Source: Lytechinus pictus
Taxonomy: Eukaryota
Direction: 5' to 3'
Assembly: GCF_037042905.1 (NCBI RefSeq)
Contig: NC_087251.1
Coordinates: forward strand, 1,178,001-1,242,000
Length of the DNA: 64,000 nucleotides
The notes under the pieces were generated by a model. The model was not told the DNA's origin, searched no databases, and saw nothing but the letters and a program-made list of their open reading frames with translations. Positions 12,375 to 25,200 of the stretch are shown here, one piece after another. The position numbers and the translations under genes are program-made. Each line of letters begins with the position of its first letter. Within the stretch, counting starts at the first letter, position 1.

Positions 12375-13763
12375 TAGCAGAGTGAGACTATATTATTATA
12401 GGCGCCGCTTTTCCGACGGCGGCGGCGTCAACATCAATCTTAACCATAGGTTAAGTTTTTGAAATGACAGCATAACTTAAAAAGTATATATACCTAGTTC
12501 ATGAAACTTGGACAGAAGGTTAATCAACTATTATTAAATATCCTGCCTGAGTTTCAGGTCACATGACCAAGGTCGAATGTCATTTAGGGTCAATGAACTT
12601 AGACCATGTCAATTGATCAAAATCTTAACCTAAGGTGAAGTTTTTGAAATGTCATCATAACTTACAAAGTATATGGACCTAGTTCATGAAACTAATAAGC
12701 ATAATCAAATATTACTGAACATCATGCCTGAGTTTCAAGTCACATGACTAAGGTCAAAGGTCGTTTAAATGAACTTTGGCCATTCAGTTGGGGTATTTGT
12801 GGAATTACCATTATAACTATGAAATTGTATAGTTCATAAAACTTGGACATAAAATTGAGAGTATCATGATATCACTGAACATTTCAGGTCACATTACCAA
12901 AGTCAAAGGTCAATGAGCTTTGGCCATGTAGGAGGTATGTGTCATAACTTTCAAAGTTTATGGATATAGTTTATGAATTGTGGACATAGGGGTAATCAAG
13001 TATCACTGACAAGTCTTAAGTCACATGATTAAAGGAGAATGAAACCCTTGGAACCAGCTGAATCCATATCAAAGAGAAAAATAAAAGAAACATATTGTTG
13101 AAAGTTTGAGGAAGATTGAATGAATAATAAGAAAGTTATGAGCATTTGAATATTGAGATCACTAATGCCATGTAGATCCTCCCATTGGCAATGCGACCAA
13201 GATCAGTGATGTCACACACGTACAACTCCCTCATTACTTTAGTACTTATTTCACTTATATTCTCACTTTTATAGAGTCTATCACAATTAAGGTGAGGTGT
13301 TCTCTTTATGAGAGGACAAGTACAGAGGTTTCACAACATTATCGTTTGTCATATGATTAGAATGAGCAAGAAGAGATGTTTTGGGGTATATTTTCAGTGT
13401 CCAAAAGGGGAGAGTTGTTCATCTGTGACATCATAGATATTGGTCGCATTGCCAATGGGAGGATCTCCATAGCATTAGTGATCTCGACATTCAAATGCTC
13501 ATAACTCTTCTATTGCTAGTCCTATTTTACTCAAACTTTTGTTGATCTTATTCTTTGATTTTTCTGCTTTCACAAAAGCTAACTTGCTCCAAGAGTTTCA
13601 TTCTCCTTTAAGGTCAAATGCCATAGGGTCCATGAACATTATATTGTATCATTATATATGAATGGTGTTTTTTGTGAACCATTAGTTTTCAAAGTCTCGG
13701 CACTGCTGCTATATTGAATCGCGTAACCTGGTGAGACTGCCAGCTAGAGACGCTCTACTTGTT
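12375..13763 (+). mobile_element. HINE/DINE-1-like element, family A (5'-clipped copy), interrupted by a TTAA MITE
   Basis: Matches the full copy at 28872-30046: GGCGCCGCTTTTCCGACGGCGGCGGCGTCAACATC, GGTCACATGACCAAGGTC repeats, and a 3' GGTGAGACTGCCAG...ACTTGTT end. Confidence 0.8.
13033..13607. mobile_element. Non-autonomous DNA transposon (MITE) with TTAA TSD, Kolobok-like
   Basis: TTAA|AGGAGAATGAAACCCTTGG ... CCAAGAGTTTCATTCTCCT|TTAA, with a long internal inverted repeat. Removing it restores the host motif GTCACATGATTAAGGTCAAA. Confidence 0.85.
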
Positions 13764-14869
13764 ACTTTTCCAGTCCTGTCAACAAATTTTTGTAATCATA
13801 TACCCTTTTACCCTTAATTGTAATATCCCATATGTCATTTGTTGTCTTACCCCTGATGTCTTGACTCGATCATGATTGGCATCATTTCAGACCCCACTTT
13901 ACTAAAAATACATGCGTTCCTCATGTTTGTGATAGGCCTACTATTTTGCAGGGACGGCCACAGCCGGACAGCCACCTCATCAGTCAAGTCATAAAAAATG
14001 GGAACTTGGAAAATAAGAAGGGGGGGGGGGGAGTACTGTAAATAATTGGTTGAATTTTTACAATATAAGTTCCCACAAATGAAAAAAATATTGATATATG
14101 TTTTGTTTTTTCAAGCAAACAACATCTTCTTTCAAAATTAATACAATAATTTCATTTGCTAAATATTTCGATGTTGCATCATTAAAAATGGAGGGCTTTT
14201 ACCAATTTTGAACTAAACTGAGACTTGCTTTTGGTTATTTATGTTCAATTATTCATCTTCATTTTGCCGATTTTTTAAAATTATTTGGATGTATCTTGAT
14301 GTACACAATTATATTAATATTGTAATGTTACATTCGTGTGGAGCGAGGGTGCTGATCGCCGGGGCTGATCGATGCAAGATTTTTCTGGGGGTGCTGGCCG
14401 GGTCATAATGTTATGTTGTGTCACCCCCTGGAAATAAGGTGAACAGACCTTTTTTTCTTCTTTTGTTTTTCAATTTTTTTCTGACCAAACCCCCTTCAGT
14501 TTGAAGTGAAAACCTTTTTTGCTTGTCAAATTTTTCTTACCAATGACTTTCATTTTGTAGTGATTGTTTTTGTTTGCTTGTTAAAAAAACCAGCATCGTT
14601 CCCAGACTGACCCTTGTTCATTCGCTGATTTAATTCAATCATTCATTCCGATTTTGCTTAGCAGCAGTTATTCTGATAGCCTATGGTTAACAATAAAAAA
14701 TTAGACCATGGGCCTGCATGCTTAGACCCAATGATAAAGCCTATTTTTATCCACCTCAATTATAGACCACACTGTTTCATTTACTACATGAAGTAGTATA
14801 CTAAGATCGTATCTCTGTGGTAGTACTCTGAAATGGCACCCTCTCACGCTGATATGTCTACAGTCCAAC

Positions 14870-15700
14870 ATCGCGTATACGTAGGTACGTACAGGTACGT
14901 ACGTGTGTGTGCGTACGTACGTGTATTGCATGCAGTATTTGGGAAACAAATTTACACGAAAACGACCACCGACTCCTGCTGTAAATTAATTAGGCCTAGC
15001 CTTCATACTTTAGTCTGCAAAGCCAGCTAAAATCACTATTCAATTCAACGTTGGCTCGTCCAACTAACTTTCTATTCGTAGGTTATAACGCTAAAGGTGA
15101 GTTATATCCCCATATTTTCAACCCTTTTGTTTTGTATTAATTTAAATAAGCGAATGATGCGAACTGCACTACGGTACGGTACACTCTACAGAGTGAGAAC
15201 TTCCTTGATTGACGGATCGCGATCGGGTAGGCGTAGCCTGGCTGTACTGCTGTAGCGTAGACCTATTAAACATAAAGCCGTAAGCAGCCGGTCGGCGAGG
15301 CGCAGCGCGAGTCGGCCTTAGCTCAGGCCATGGTTCGTGTACTGTAGGCTCTGCTAGCCAGGCGGCTTCTAGAGAGTAAAAATCATTTACTAACGTAAGG
15401 TTACTCTCATACGAAGCCAGGCCTTCTATCTCATAGACCCACACAAAGGAAGCCAAAACCTGAAACTTTCACCCCCGAGATTTCTACTTTCCTTCTAAAA
15501 GATCTAGCTCTAAAAAGACTAAATCATGATTGATTGATGGTGATGTACATGGGATAAAACTTTATTTCCGACATTTCTACGCTCTCGTTATTTTTAAAAC
15601 AAGAATTCATCAAAAAAATGTAAAAATATTGTGAAAAGACGGAAGAGACTTGCCCGATGTTTACGCCGCCATCTTGTTTCTTATTGTACTTCCCCAACGT
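14870..15700. promoter_or_regulatory. CpG-rich putative promoter region with a candidate non-coding first exon ending at 15096 (AAG|GTGAGT)
   Basis: Locally CpG-rich versus the flanks, with a GTACGTAC cluster at ~14880-14925, a consensus 5' splice site at 15097 and a YY1-like GCCGCCATCTT at ~15665. The link to HEATR5 is inferred only. Confidence 0.4.
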
Positions 15701-15886
15701 TACGCTTTGAATTTGATTTGTACACTGTTTCAGTGTTTGAATGTGATTAGATGTCTGTACTCGACTGTAGACTATATATCTACATGTCTGCATACATTTC
15801 TGTTTTGATGATAGTCGTGAATGATATTCACATTTTTCAATGTAACAAATTTATGTGCTCTGTAGTTTTATATGGTCTATTGCATT

Positions 15887-16103
15887 AAACTTGGACTTGA
15901 GGGTAATCAAGTATCTCTGAATCTGATCATTTTGCACAAGTTTCAGGTCACATGATCAAGGTAAAGGGTCATTTAGGGTCATGAACTTCATATAAATGGT
16001 GTTTTGTGTGAATAATTATTCATCTTGTTTGTAAAGTCAGTACTGGTGCTATATATATTGATAATTGAAATGCAGGCGTAATGCCAGTGGCATTACACTT
16101 GTT
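15887..16103 (+). mobile_element. HINE family A, 3' fragment
   Basis: TTTCAGGTCACATGATCAAGG...TGCAGGCG..TGCCAG...CACTTGTT, similar to the 3' end of 28872-30046. Confidence 0.7.
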
Positions 16104-16104
16104 C

Positions 16105-17860
16105 TCCTTTATCACATGGCAGCCCAAGACTGAATTGGGTAAAATTTATATCGTATAATAAAATACATCAAATAAATCAATATACATATCAACCATAACA
16201 TCTTCAAATCATGATCAAAGATTAATAAAGGAAGGAGAAAGAGAGAAATTAACAGAACCTAGAAGGAATAAGTGACAGATAATACAGGGGGTGGTATAGA
16301 CAGGCAAATGAGTTGAAGGAGGTGTGGGGAGAGTACTCTGAAAGAAGAGGGATGTAATGGAAAGTGAGAAAAAATAAAACAAAGGCATATAAATCATACA
16401 TGGTATCATGGGTATGCAAATACAATTTTGAAGTAAGTATATAAATCAAGGTATAACACATGCGGTAAAAAACTCAAACATATTAATTTAAATTTAGGAA
16501 ACCACGCTGATGAGTATAATGGGAAATAGTGTGGAGAAAAGTAGTATAAGAGATTGCAGTTTAAGTCATTGGGTAAATTAAATTTAGAAGATTGGAGAGA
16601 CTTCAAAAGTACATAGTGACAAATTTGTATAATTTGAGTTAAAAGAAATATTGTGGTGCTTCATGCATGTAGTTTTACATCAAGAGTTTGGACGGGGTAG
16701 ATACAATTTACCAGCATAGAACAATAATTAATAAAAAGTTGATTACAATAAGTTGGCTGTACAAAAAAACACATTAAAATTGATTTACAACAGGCGTGAA
16801 AGATAGGGTATTGGACTGTTTCTACATTATGTCTTTGATTCCTGCTCCTCATGTTCACAAATTTGCCAGTGTGTTATACCTGTGTTTACTACGCGGGGGT
16901 AAGAAATGATGGAACTTTGAAGAAGAGTCAAGCATGGTCTCAGCAAACTTCACACTGAGAGTGTACCTTCTGTCACTGAGGGAAGATATGTTCAGATGTT
17001 CTCTAGCATCTGCATACCTTATATCATGGCCCAGTATAAACTGGCAGGCACGTTTCTAGATACGCTAAAATGATTCCTCCTGCATCTTCATAATACCGCT
17101 TGACCAGACTGGAACTGCATATCCAAGACGGGACGAAAGATGCTCAGGTATATGGTAAGTATATCAAGAGGGGGTAGGCCATGATGCTTTAGTCTGCGGA
17201 GTATGTAGTGGGGACTATTGCTTCTGCTGATCATAGAATTGATATGCGTGTCCCATTTGAGGTTGGAATGAATGAACACTCCGAGTAACTTGATCACATT
17301 GCAGTGCTGAATGGTGTGCTGATCAAGGACAAGGGAGGTGGGAACTAGACAAACTCTCGCAAAGCTGATGTCCATTGTCGCACATTTTTTGGGTTAAGTC
17401 ACATGTTATTCAACTTCGCACATTGGTGTAATTTATTCAGAGCTGATTGGAGTTGAGATGGCGTAGAAGACATATGACTTTCAATCAGTGTCAAGTCGTC
17501 GATATACTTGAAACAGCGTATGTTGCTACTCGCAAATGTGTCATCTTTATGGATCATCGCATCATTGATCATAGCAGAAAACGCCACAGGGCCCAGCTTT
17601 GTCCAATGAGGTATACCTGAGTTGAGATAACAAGGTCCAGAGAGAACACCTTTGTACCTCACTTGTTGCTGATTGGAGAGAAAGTCTGAAATCCATGCTC
17701 CAAGTGATGGAGCAATTCCCATGTTGACCAATTTCCTAATTGCAATTGAATGGTCGACAAGGTCAAAAGCTTTAGAAAAGTCTGTCAGGAGAGCTGTTGA
17801 TACAGACCGAGGTCGATCTGCGTGTGCATGAAGAGTGAAAGGACATCCACAAGGTGGTAG
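16105..17860 (-). mobile_element. 5'-truncated CR1/L2-group LINE: reverse transcriptase C-terminal half plus 3' UTR
   Basis: LLTDFSKAFDLVDH...WISDFLS.QQQV...SGIPHWTKLGP...KYIDDLT, then KLLGVFIHSNLKWDTHI...LRRLK...IYLSIFRPVL. The frame is broken by frameshifts. Confidence 0.88.
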
Positions 17861-17934
17861 ATACAGCTGGGAGATTGCCAAAGAGGGCGCATCATTCGAA
17901 GTACATTGCGGGCTATGAAGTGTTCTCCGATTTC

Positions 17935-18040
17935 CGGGTATTATCGACAATGAGAAAAAGTTTATCGATATCGCTAAGAGGCAAAAAACAAGCGATTATC
18001 AACAAGACTAGCGATAAAGAGGTTATCGATAACAGCACTA
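17935..18040 (-). mobile_element. hAT-like terminal fragment (second copy at ~20872-20976)
   Basis: Both copies end ...CTAGCGATAAAGA.GTTATCGATAACAGC(A/C)CTA, a TAGGG/TAGTG-type terminus with repeated TTATCGA motifs. Confidence 0.6.
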
Positions 18041-18945
18041 ATTGGGTTTGAAAATGATTCAAACTTGGACCAACACAGGTTTTTAGTTTAAAAGTGAGAA
18101 TCTCAATAATCTGTTCAGAGAATCCACTACGTATTGCAATAACATGGCATCATTGGAATTAAATTTGAATGTTGCTGGACACAATCCTAACTGATCCTAA
18201 ACAGATCATATCCAACTGATCGCACAATCACCCTAGGGTAGCATGCAATATGGATTCATGATATCTGTCTCTAGGATTTGTTTTAAAAGAGCTATACGAA
18301 TACATTGTAAGATTGTACAATGTAGCCCTTAAACACATGGTACGATCGCCACAGGGTCATCATAAACAATGTACAATGTCAACTAATGATGTTCCTTTAA
18401 ATCATACATGTACGTGTATATAATATCATAATTTGATGACTAGTAAATGAAATTAGGTGTGGTAGCAAAGAAAAAAAGGTACGTGTATTTCAATACAAGC
18501 ACTAGAGCGCAAGCATTATTAAATTCTTGTCTCCAACTGCATCTGCATATAAAATTGCTCACTTGTAGGATCCGTGGTATGCAATGCATGAATGATAAAG
18601 ATATTATATGCAAATTTTAGACTGCATGTTATGCCTTTTTGCTACATATTTTTCTGGTGCATCTTTAATAGCGCATAAATGATAAATGCATTTTTGACCC
18701 ATTGACTATGTATACTAATTTTAGAAATAAGAAAATACTACAAGTATATCAATGATATATGGTCATGTAAAATCGTTTTCAAAATATGCATACTTGGAAG
18801 AACATTATCTCAACAAAGCCAGGGTGGTATTCTGAGATCCAATTTATTTCATATAAAATAAAATATTTTATCTTCTTTAAATCAATGAGATAAAACGCCT
18901 CTAAAATCTCTCCAAATTGGTATTCTGAGAACCATTTTATCTTCA

Positions 18946-19142
18946 TTTTTGTCTCACCTGCTTGGCAGAGTGAGACTAAAGGCGCCGCTTTACCGATGGC
19001 AGTGGTGGCGGCGTCAACACCAAATATTAACCGAAGGTTACGTTTTTGAAATGGCAGCATAACATAGAAAGTATATGGACCTAGTTATAGCTATATTGAA
19101 TCATGTGATGCAGGTGAGACTGCCAAAGGCGCTCCACTTGTT
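18946..19142 (+). mobile_element. HINE family A, short internally deleted copy retaining both ends
   Basis: TTTTTGTCTCACCTGC...GCAGAGTGAGAC at the 5' end and GCAGGTGAGACTGCCAAAGGCGCTCCACTTGTT at the 3' end, inserted in a T run. Confidence 0.8.
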
Positions 19143-19393
19143 TTTTCTGTAAGATACACATATTTCTGAATCAATATCCAATGAGAAAGGCTGTTTTATA
19201 GCACTCTCATCTCAAGTGATCAACCAATAAAATTCCATTTCGTCAGGAGGTGTGGCAAAGGAGCAAGATTGCGTCATATTGCATTCAAATTGTGCTTCAA
19301 ATTACGGCTATTATCGTTGAGAAAATTTTCTGTTGATATCATGGTAAAAATATTTAACTGATATCGATAACTATCGACAAAAGAACATATGCA

Positions 19394-20226
19394 TTTTTAG
19401 CTCATCCTGCCCAAAGGGCCGGATGAGCTTATGCTGTGGCGTGGCGTCCGTCGTCTGTCGTCCGTCCACAATTTCAAAATGCTTCTTCTTCGCCATTTCA
19501 AATCCAATTTCAATTCTGTTTGCTTTATGTGATAGCACTAGGTGGGGGATTCAAAACTTCACAGAATTTTGAAACTCATTAAATATCCTAATTTATGTGC
19601 ATTTTTCAAAATTCACAAAAAATGCTTCTTTATTTGTTGACCGATTTTGAATTTTTTGCTTCCATCTGGTAGAGCTTCATGAGGTTAACCAAACTTGTAC
19701 ACAGAATTTTGAAATTTTCAGTAGGAGATTATTTATACTAATTTATGCAAAATTTATTCATAAATCACAAAAACGTTTTTTCTTCTTCATTTGTTGATCA
19801 ATTTAAATTTTGTTTGCTTTATATGATAGCTCGAGGTGGTGATACAAAATTTCAACACAGAAAATTGAAACTCGTTAAATATGCTACTTTATTTATATAT
19901 TTTCAACTCACAAAAAATATTTATTTGTTGATTGATTTTGATTATTTCTGTTCTATCTGAGAGCTACATGTACATGAGGTTCACCAAGGTTCTACACAGA
20001 GTTTAAAAATTTTGACTAGAAAATTATTTTATGCTTAATTTATTTGAAATTTATTCATAGATCACAAAAAATGCTTCTATGTCATCTCTTCATCAATTTC
20101 AATTTTATATCCTCAATGTATGTCACCAATATAATTTACTACAGTGTCAACCGGGCTGAAATTAAAATTGTGTTAAATTTCGTTGCGAGATGCCGGATGA
20201 GCTCCACATCATTGATGTGCTAGTTT
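19394..20226 (+). mobile_element. HINE/DINE-1-like element, family B (complete)
   Basis: 5' TTTTTAGCTCATCCTGCCC-AAA-GGGCCGGATGAGCT hairpin, CGTC microsatellite and internal diverged tandem repeats. 3' subTIR GCCGGATGAGCT followed by the palindrome CACATCATTGATGTG and CTAGTT. Confidence 0.85.
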
Positions 20227-20469
20227 ATGCATAGCGATGTCACATAATGGGGTGGTCAAAATTTGTATCTGCCACTGTACCAAGAACGCTTTAAAATCCG
20301 CATTCATCAGATGTAAATGACTACATATAAAACATCTTTTAACAAACATTTAGCATTAATACATCCTCACCTTTCACGTTATAAGCATTATTTTAGGGTT
20401 GGATGAAGTTTTATCGATTATTTTGGGGCTTTTTAAACATCGTTCTGAGAGGGCAACGTCTTTCGCCTA

Positions 20470-20863
20470 TCTGCCATTTTGATATCGTGCTGTACATCTT
20501 CGAATGTAGAGGGCAGCAACACATGGCTGTGTGCATGCTAGCTGCCTTCTACGTTAGTTGGTACTTTGCTAAAAAAAAATTGAGCTTGCGCTTGTGATGT
20601 TTTCGATCCGATCGAATGGAGTCGAATGCAGTCATGATGTTTGGATTGTCACGATCTCACCCCACTTCGCTATAATAATAGCGAATTGGAGGTGAGATCG
20701 TGTTTTGTGGCTAGTATTTTGTTGAGATTTTGGAGTAATTTCTGTTGCTGTTCTTTGCAGTTTGAGGAAAAATAAGTTTTCCATGATTTTCCGTTTGAAA
20801 AGCCACTTTCAAAGGGTCGTTTCCGTGAATTCCATGAAATCACGGAAAATCACTGTGTCCCTA
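20470..20863 (-). mobile_element. hAT-like element end (TAGGGACACAGTGATTTTCCGTG) with an internal dyad; related to 54000-55285
   Basis: TAGGG terminus with TTCCGTG subterminal repeats. The dyad GTAGAGGGCAGC...GCTGCCTTCTAC at ~20506-20552 matches the one at 54837-54872. Confidence 0.5.
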
Positions 20864-20979
20864 CATAATAGCCGGTATTATTGACAACGAGAGAAAGGTT
20901 ATCGATATCGCTAAGTGGCAAATACAAGCGATTATTGACAGGACTAGCGATAAAGACGTTATCGATAACAGCCCTACTT

Positions 20980-22270
20980 ATCTTAACCAAGGTTAAGTTT
21001 TTGAAATGTCATCATTACTTAGAAAGTATATGGACCTAGTTCATGAAACTTTGACTTCAGGGTAATCAAGTATTACTGAACATCCTGCCTGAGTTTCGGG
21101 TCACATGGTTAAGGGCAAAGGTCACTTAAATGTCAATGTACTGGCCATGTTGGGGTTATTTGAGGAATTGTCATCATAACTTTAAAAGTTTATGGATCTA
21201 GTTCATAAAACTTGGACATATGAGCATTAATGTATCCCTGAATATCATGTGCGAGTTTCAGGTCACATGACCAAGGTCAAAGGTCACTTAGGGTTAATGA
21301 ACTTTGGCCATGTTGGGGGTATTTGAGGAATTGTCATCATAACTTTGAAATTTTATGGATCTAGTTCATGGAACGTGGACATAAGAGCAACCATGTATCC
21401 TTAAACATCCTGTGCAAATTTCAGGTCACATGACCAAGGTCATAGGTCATTTAAAGGTCAATGAATAGTGGCCATATGTGTGGAATTGGCATCATGACAT
21501 AGAAAGTTTATGGATCTACATGTAGCTCATAGAACATATAACATCGACATAAGGGTTCTAAAGTGTTTAAATGAAAACTGAAATCTTATTTACTGAGTAA
21601 CTATGGAAGTGATTTTTCGTGTGTTATTTATCAGTTAATGCTAAATTATCAATACGTTTCATCCCCCCCCCCCTTTCCCGGGCCTGGCTGGTCTCTGTCC
21701 TCATGTCCCCTTTTTTTGTCCCTTTTGTACATAAATGTTTCCCTCTTCTCTCCCCGCCTCTCTCTTTAGTTATCATATTATATTGCCATTTCTGTGTTGT
21801 TTATCCAATGTTCTTTGAATTCGTAATGAGGAACCTTAATTTACAAGCATTGTTACACTTAGGTCTCCTCGTCTTCCTTTAAAATTATTTCTTTTCTGTC
21901 TTAAGCTGTATAATGTATTTAAAAACAATGTTTTCTGCATACTCTGTTTTATGTATACCTGTATGTTTTATCATGTACTCTGCTTATTGTTTCATACACA
22001 CTGTATGTTTGTCATGTATTCAAACTCAAAGTTGGAAGACAAATAAAATGAACTTATGAACTTAACTTATCAAGTATGAATGATTATTTTGCACATGTCT
22101 TAGGTCACATGATCATGGTCTAAGGTCATTTTGGGTTAATGGACATATTTTATTATCATATTAGTGTTTTCTTCTGTGAATGATTATTAATTAGCTATTT
22201 CTAAAGGCAGCACTGCTGCTATATCGAATTGCGTAATGCAGGCGAGACTGCCAGAGGCATTCCACTTGTT
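20980..22270 (+). mobile_element. HINE family A, 5'-truncated copy interrupted by a LINE-like 3' tail (~21560-22068)
   Basis: Repeated GGTCACATGACCAAGGTCAAAGGTCA units and a 3' ATGCAGGCGAGACTGCCAGAGGCATTCCACTTGTT end. The insert ends AATAAAATGAACTTATGAACTT. Confidence 0.75.
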
Positions 22271-25200
22271 ACATGTAGAGCTAATTCACTTTGCTGAGAT
22301 GAGCACCACAGGCACAGAGATAAAACAGCCCCACCCTATTTTCTTCCAAGTAACATGGGTGCAAGTACATCATCCGCATTGCAATGGTTTATACACCATG
22401 GCTATGTCTACTCAGGCACTGCTTTTTCACGTGTCATCTTTAGATATATATGCAAGATGAAACTTTATCACAGATAGAATTTGAAATTTTATCTGGGAGA
22501 TTAAATGTCAACTCAGCATACCAATTTCAAAGATAAAATAAAATACTGTATTTAACAATAAAATGACCTCAGAATACCACCCTAGGACATTGTGCACACA
22601 TGCCATGATGTACATGATCTCTGTTTAATTCCTGAATGTACCAAACAAAAGAGAATAAAGCTGTCTTTGTAATTCTGTGCATCTTTATGTCCTCTTTCAC
22701 TTATATATTTCACTATATTTATTAGTACTTTATAGAATGTGAGTTTGTTGGTAAATGTTCCCTGCTTTGTTTTATGTACTTTAGTCTTGATTTTGATTTG
22801 TTTTCCCCTTTTCCCTTTTGTTTTTACTCTATGTGCACGCATGTATACTCTTCGTTTTTCCCTGCCTGTTAAAAGTGTTTTCAAGTCAGGAGATAAAAGG
22901 ATGTTACTTGCTGCATGGTAACTTGACTCTTGACCCTGTCGCACTGAAAGAAAACTCCTAAAAGGCTGTGCTTCCGCTCTGCAAATCACATTCCTTTTCT
23001 GCTTGCTAGAAGGTATGTATGTGTCATTCATTTCATAAAGCTGAATAAATTGAGTCAAAGCAAGAACATTCCCCTAGGGAACCTACATGTATGCTCTTTC
23101 TGAATATTTAATTGGTGCATGTAGTGTCTGTGAATGCCTCAGATGACTGTCATGCTTTTACATTATTTGTATTGTCTGTTCACAATGACATTTGTGATAC
23201 ATGTACATGTATATGTTATTCTAAAGGTTTATGGAAAATATGACTTGATACAGTTGATGTGGCAGGATAAAAATCTATGACATTGTATTCCATTGGCTAA
23301 CATGCTATTTATAATGGTGTTATTGTAATCAGTCTTCCATAAGAATAAAATTACTGGAATCCAAACAAATCATAATTCATGTTTGTGATTATATGTTGCC
23401 TAAACAAAGCCTTTAGTAGATTTAGAATATAAGTGTAGAGATTTATCATCATGATTTCATAATTTGCATCAAGTTGGTTTAATGGAGTAAAGAACTATAT
23501 TTTGTAATCATCCATTCATGAACATGCTAACATCACATCCATTGGCAATGGTGAGAATGTGTGTTATGTTAAAGGTTAAAACAATCATAGTGAGTTTTCA
23601 TGTTCTTTTCATGTTATTTTGAAAGAATATCTTAAGAGGTCATCTACAAGGGATTGCTTTTCCTATGCCCTGACATAAAATAATATGCTCCCTCAAGAAA
23701 GTGATAAATTCTGATATAGTGGTAATTCACTTTATACAGCTATAGAATGCTAAGTACTGCTATCAGAAGGTGATGTCTCTACTTGTATCAAATTCTTCAG
23801 GGAATGAATATCCTGAACCGTACAGCTTGATAATCAAACTTAAAACATAAATTGAAACTTTTTGACCTTTCGCAATACAGAGCATTACAAGACGTTAAAA
23901 GCGTAATGTATGAATATTTGAAGCAGGGATTTTTATGTGGAAAGTCTGTATGAAAGAGAATGTAAAGGGTTTTGAGCTAGGCAGATACTAACTCATGAAA
24001 CCTGTTCATACATGGTACGCCAAAGCCTAGTGACGCAATTTGGTACATAATAATTAATGTAGACCTGCCCTTGTGGGTAACTGATGGCACAGAGGGTGAT
24101 TGCCATTGGTGCTCTCAGCAGTTGTTGCGGTGCTTCCCTTACATTTTCCCCATCACTGATGGCAGTCCACTGCTGTACTCTTATGAAACCGCTGTCTGTG
24201 TCATTTAAAAATAATGCTCTCCAAACTTTAATTTGCTCAATTACAATTCACATAGTATTAAGTATACACATTTAGTAACACAATGTAAAAGAACAATAAT
24301 TACGTATTTGGATGCACTAACAAACAGAAACAACAACTTCCTACGTAATCCAGCTGAGTTTGATAAATATGCGGTACGGTACCTGTACCCAACAGGCAGG
24401 GCATCAGCCGAAAAATACTGCATGTACATGTAGAACTGCCCAAGATTGCTGAGACTGTGTGCTTTAAGAATTCCAAGTCAATCTCCCCAAATGTTCCCTA
24501 GCAATATTGCCATTTTGGCTGAGTCCATTAGAAGCCGTAACATTTATGCGTACCGTGCCTGTGTTCACGAACAGAACACAGAACCATGTGCACTATTGAA
24601 AATTGCTGCGATTGCTTGCTTGCTCACTGTACAAAACACACACATTTCTGAGAGGGAACTGTAAAGACATGATTGCTCATTTATAGCATGGTGATAGGTT
24701 CCTTTTAAAATAGTTGATGAAAACTGTTTTTTCCTATGTGTACATGTTGAGCAAGCTACATAAACAGTTTTGTGTAATAACTTTTATGTGTTTTTTTTCC
24801 AAGGTGAAATAGCTGTGTATTTATCTTGTTGCCAAATGTACATATCATTTCCAATTTGGTGTGTACAATTTTAACATGTAAATAAAACAGGATGCTATTT
24901 GGAATTGGATGAAACACTAACGAATTTCATTGAGAGTCTACATCATACAACACACCAACAATTTATTTTGATTAGATAGGGTAGAATCATACAAGCTAGG
25001 TACTGACAGAACATAAGTATCTATGGCCTTTTGAAGTTCCATGTATTTGGAAGTACATGTATATGGAAATCCATCAATTTCATATTTTTTTCTTCTGGAA
25101 ATTTGCTCAATGTCCTTTAGAAACAAAGAGAAGCATACTGAATTGTCAAGAAAACGGTTAATGTATGAATGTATGTCATTTCTAGAAAATATTTTGAACA

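Noticed and set aside
11686..12462. ORFs encoding GGNCP/GVIVR repeats that look like metallothionein or Cys-rich proteins
   Set aside because: They are translations of the 15-bp minisatellite in several frames, with no ATG start or splice context.
22875..23012. Possible extra HEATR5 exon (AAAG acceptor, AAG|GTATGT donor)
   Set aside because: The frame needed to join the next exon contains a stop and no ATG. It could be UTR, but nothing beyond generic splice-like words supports it.
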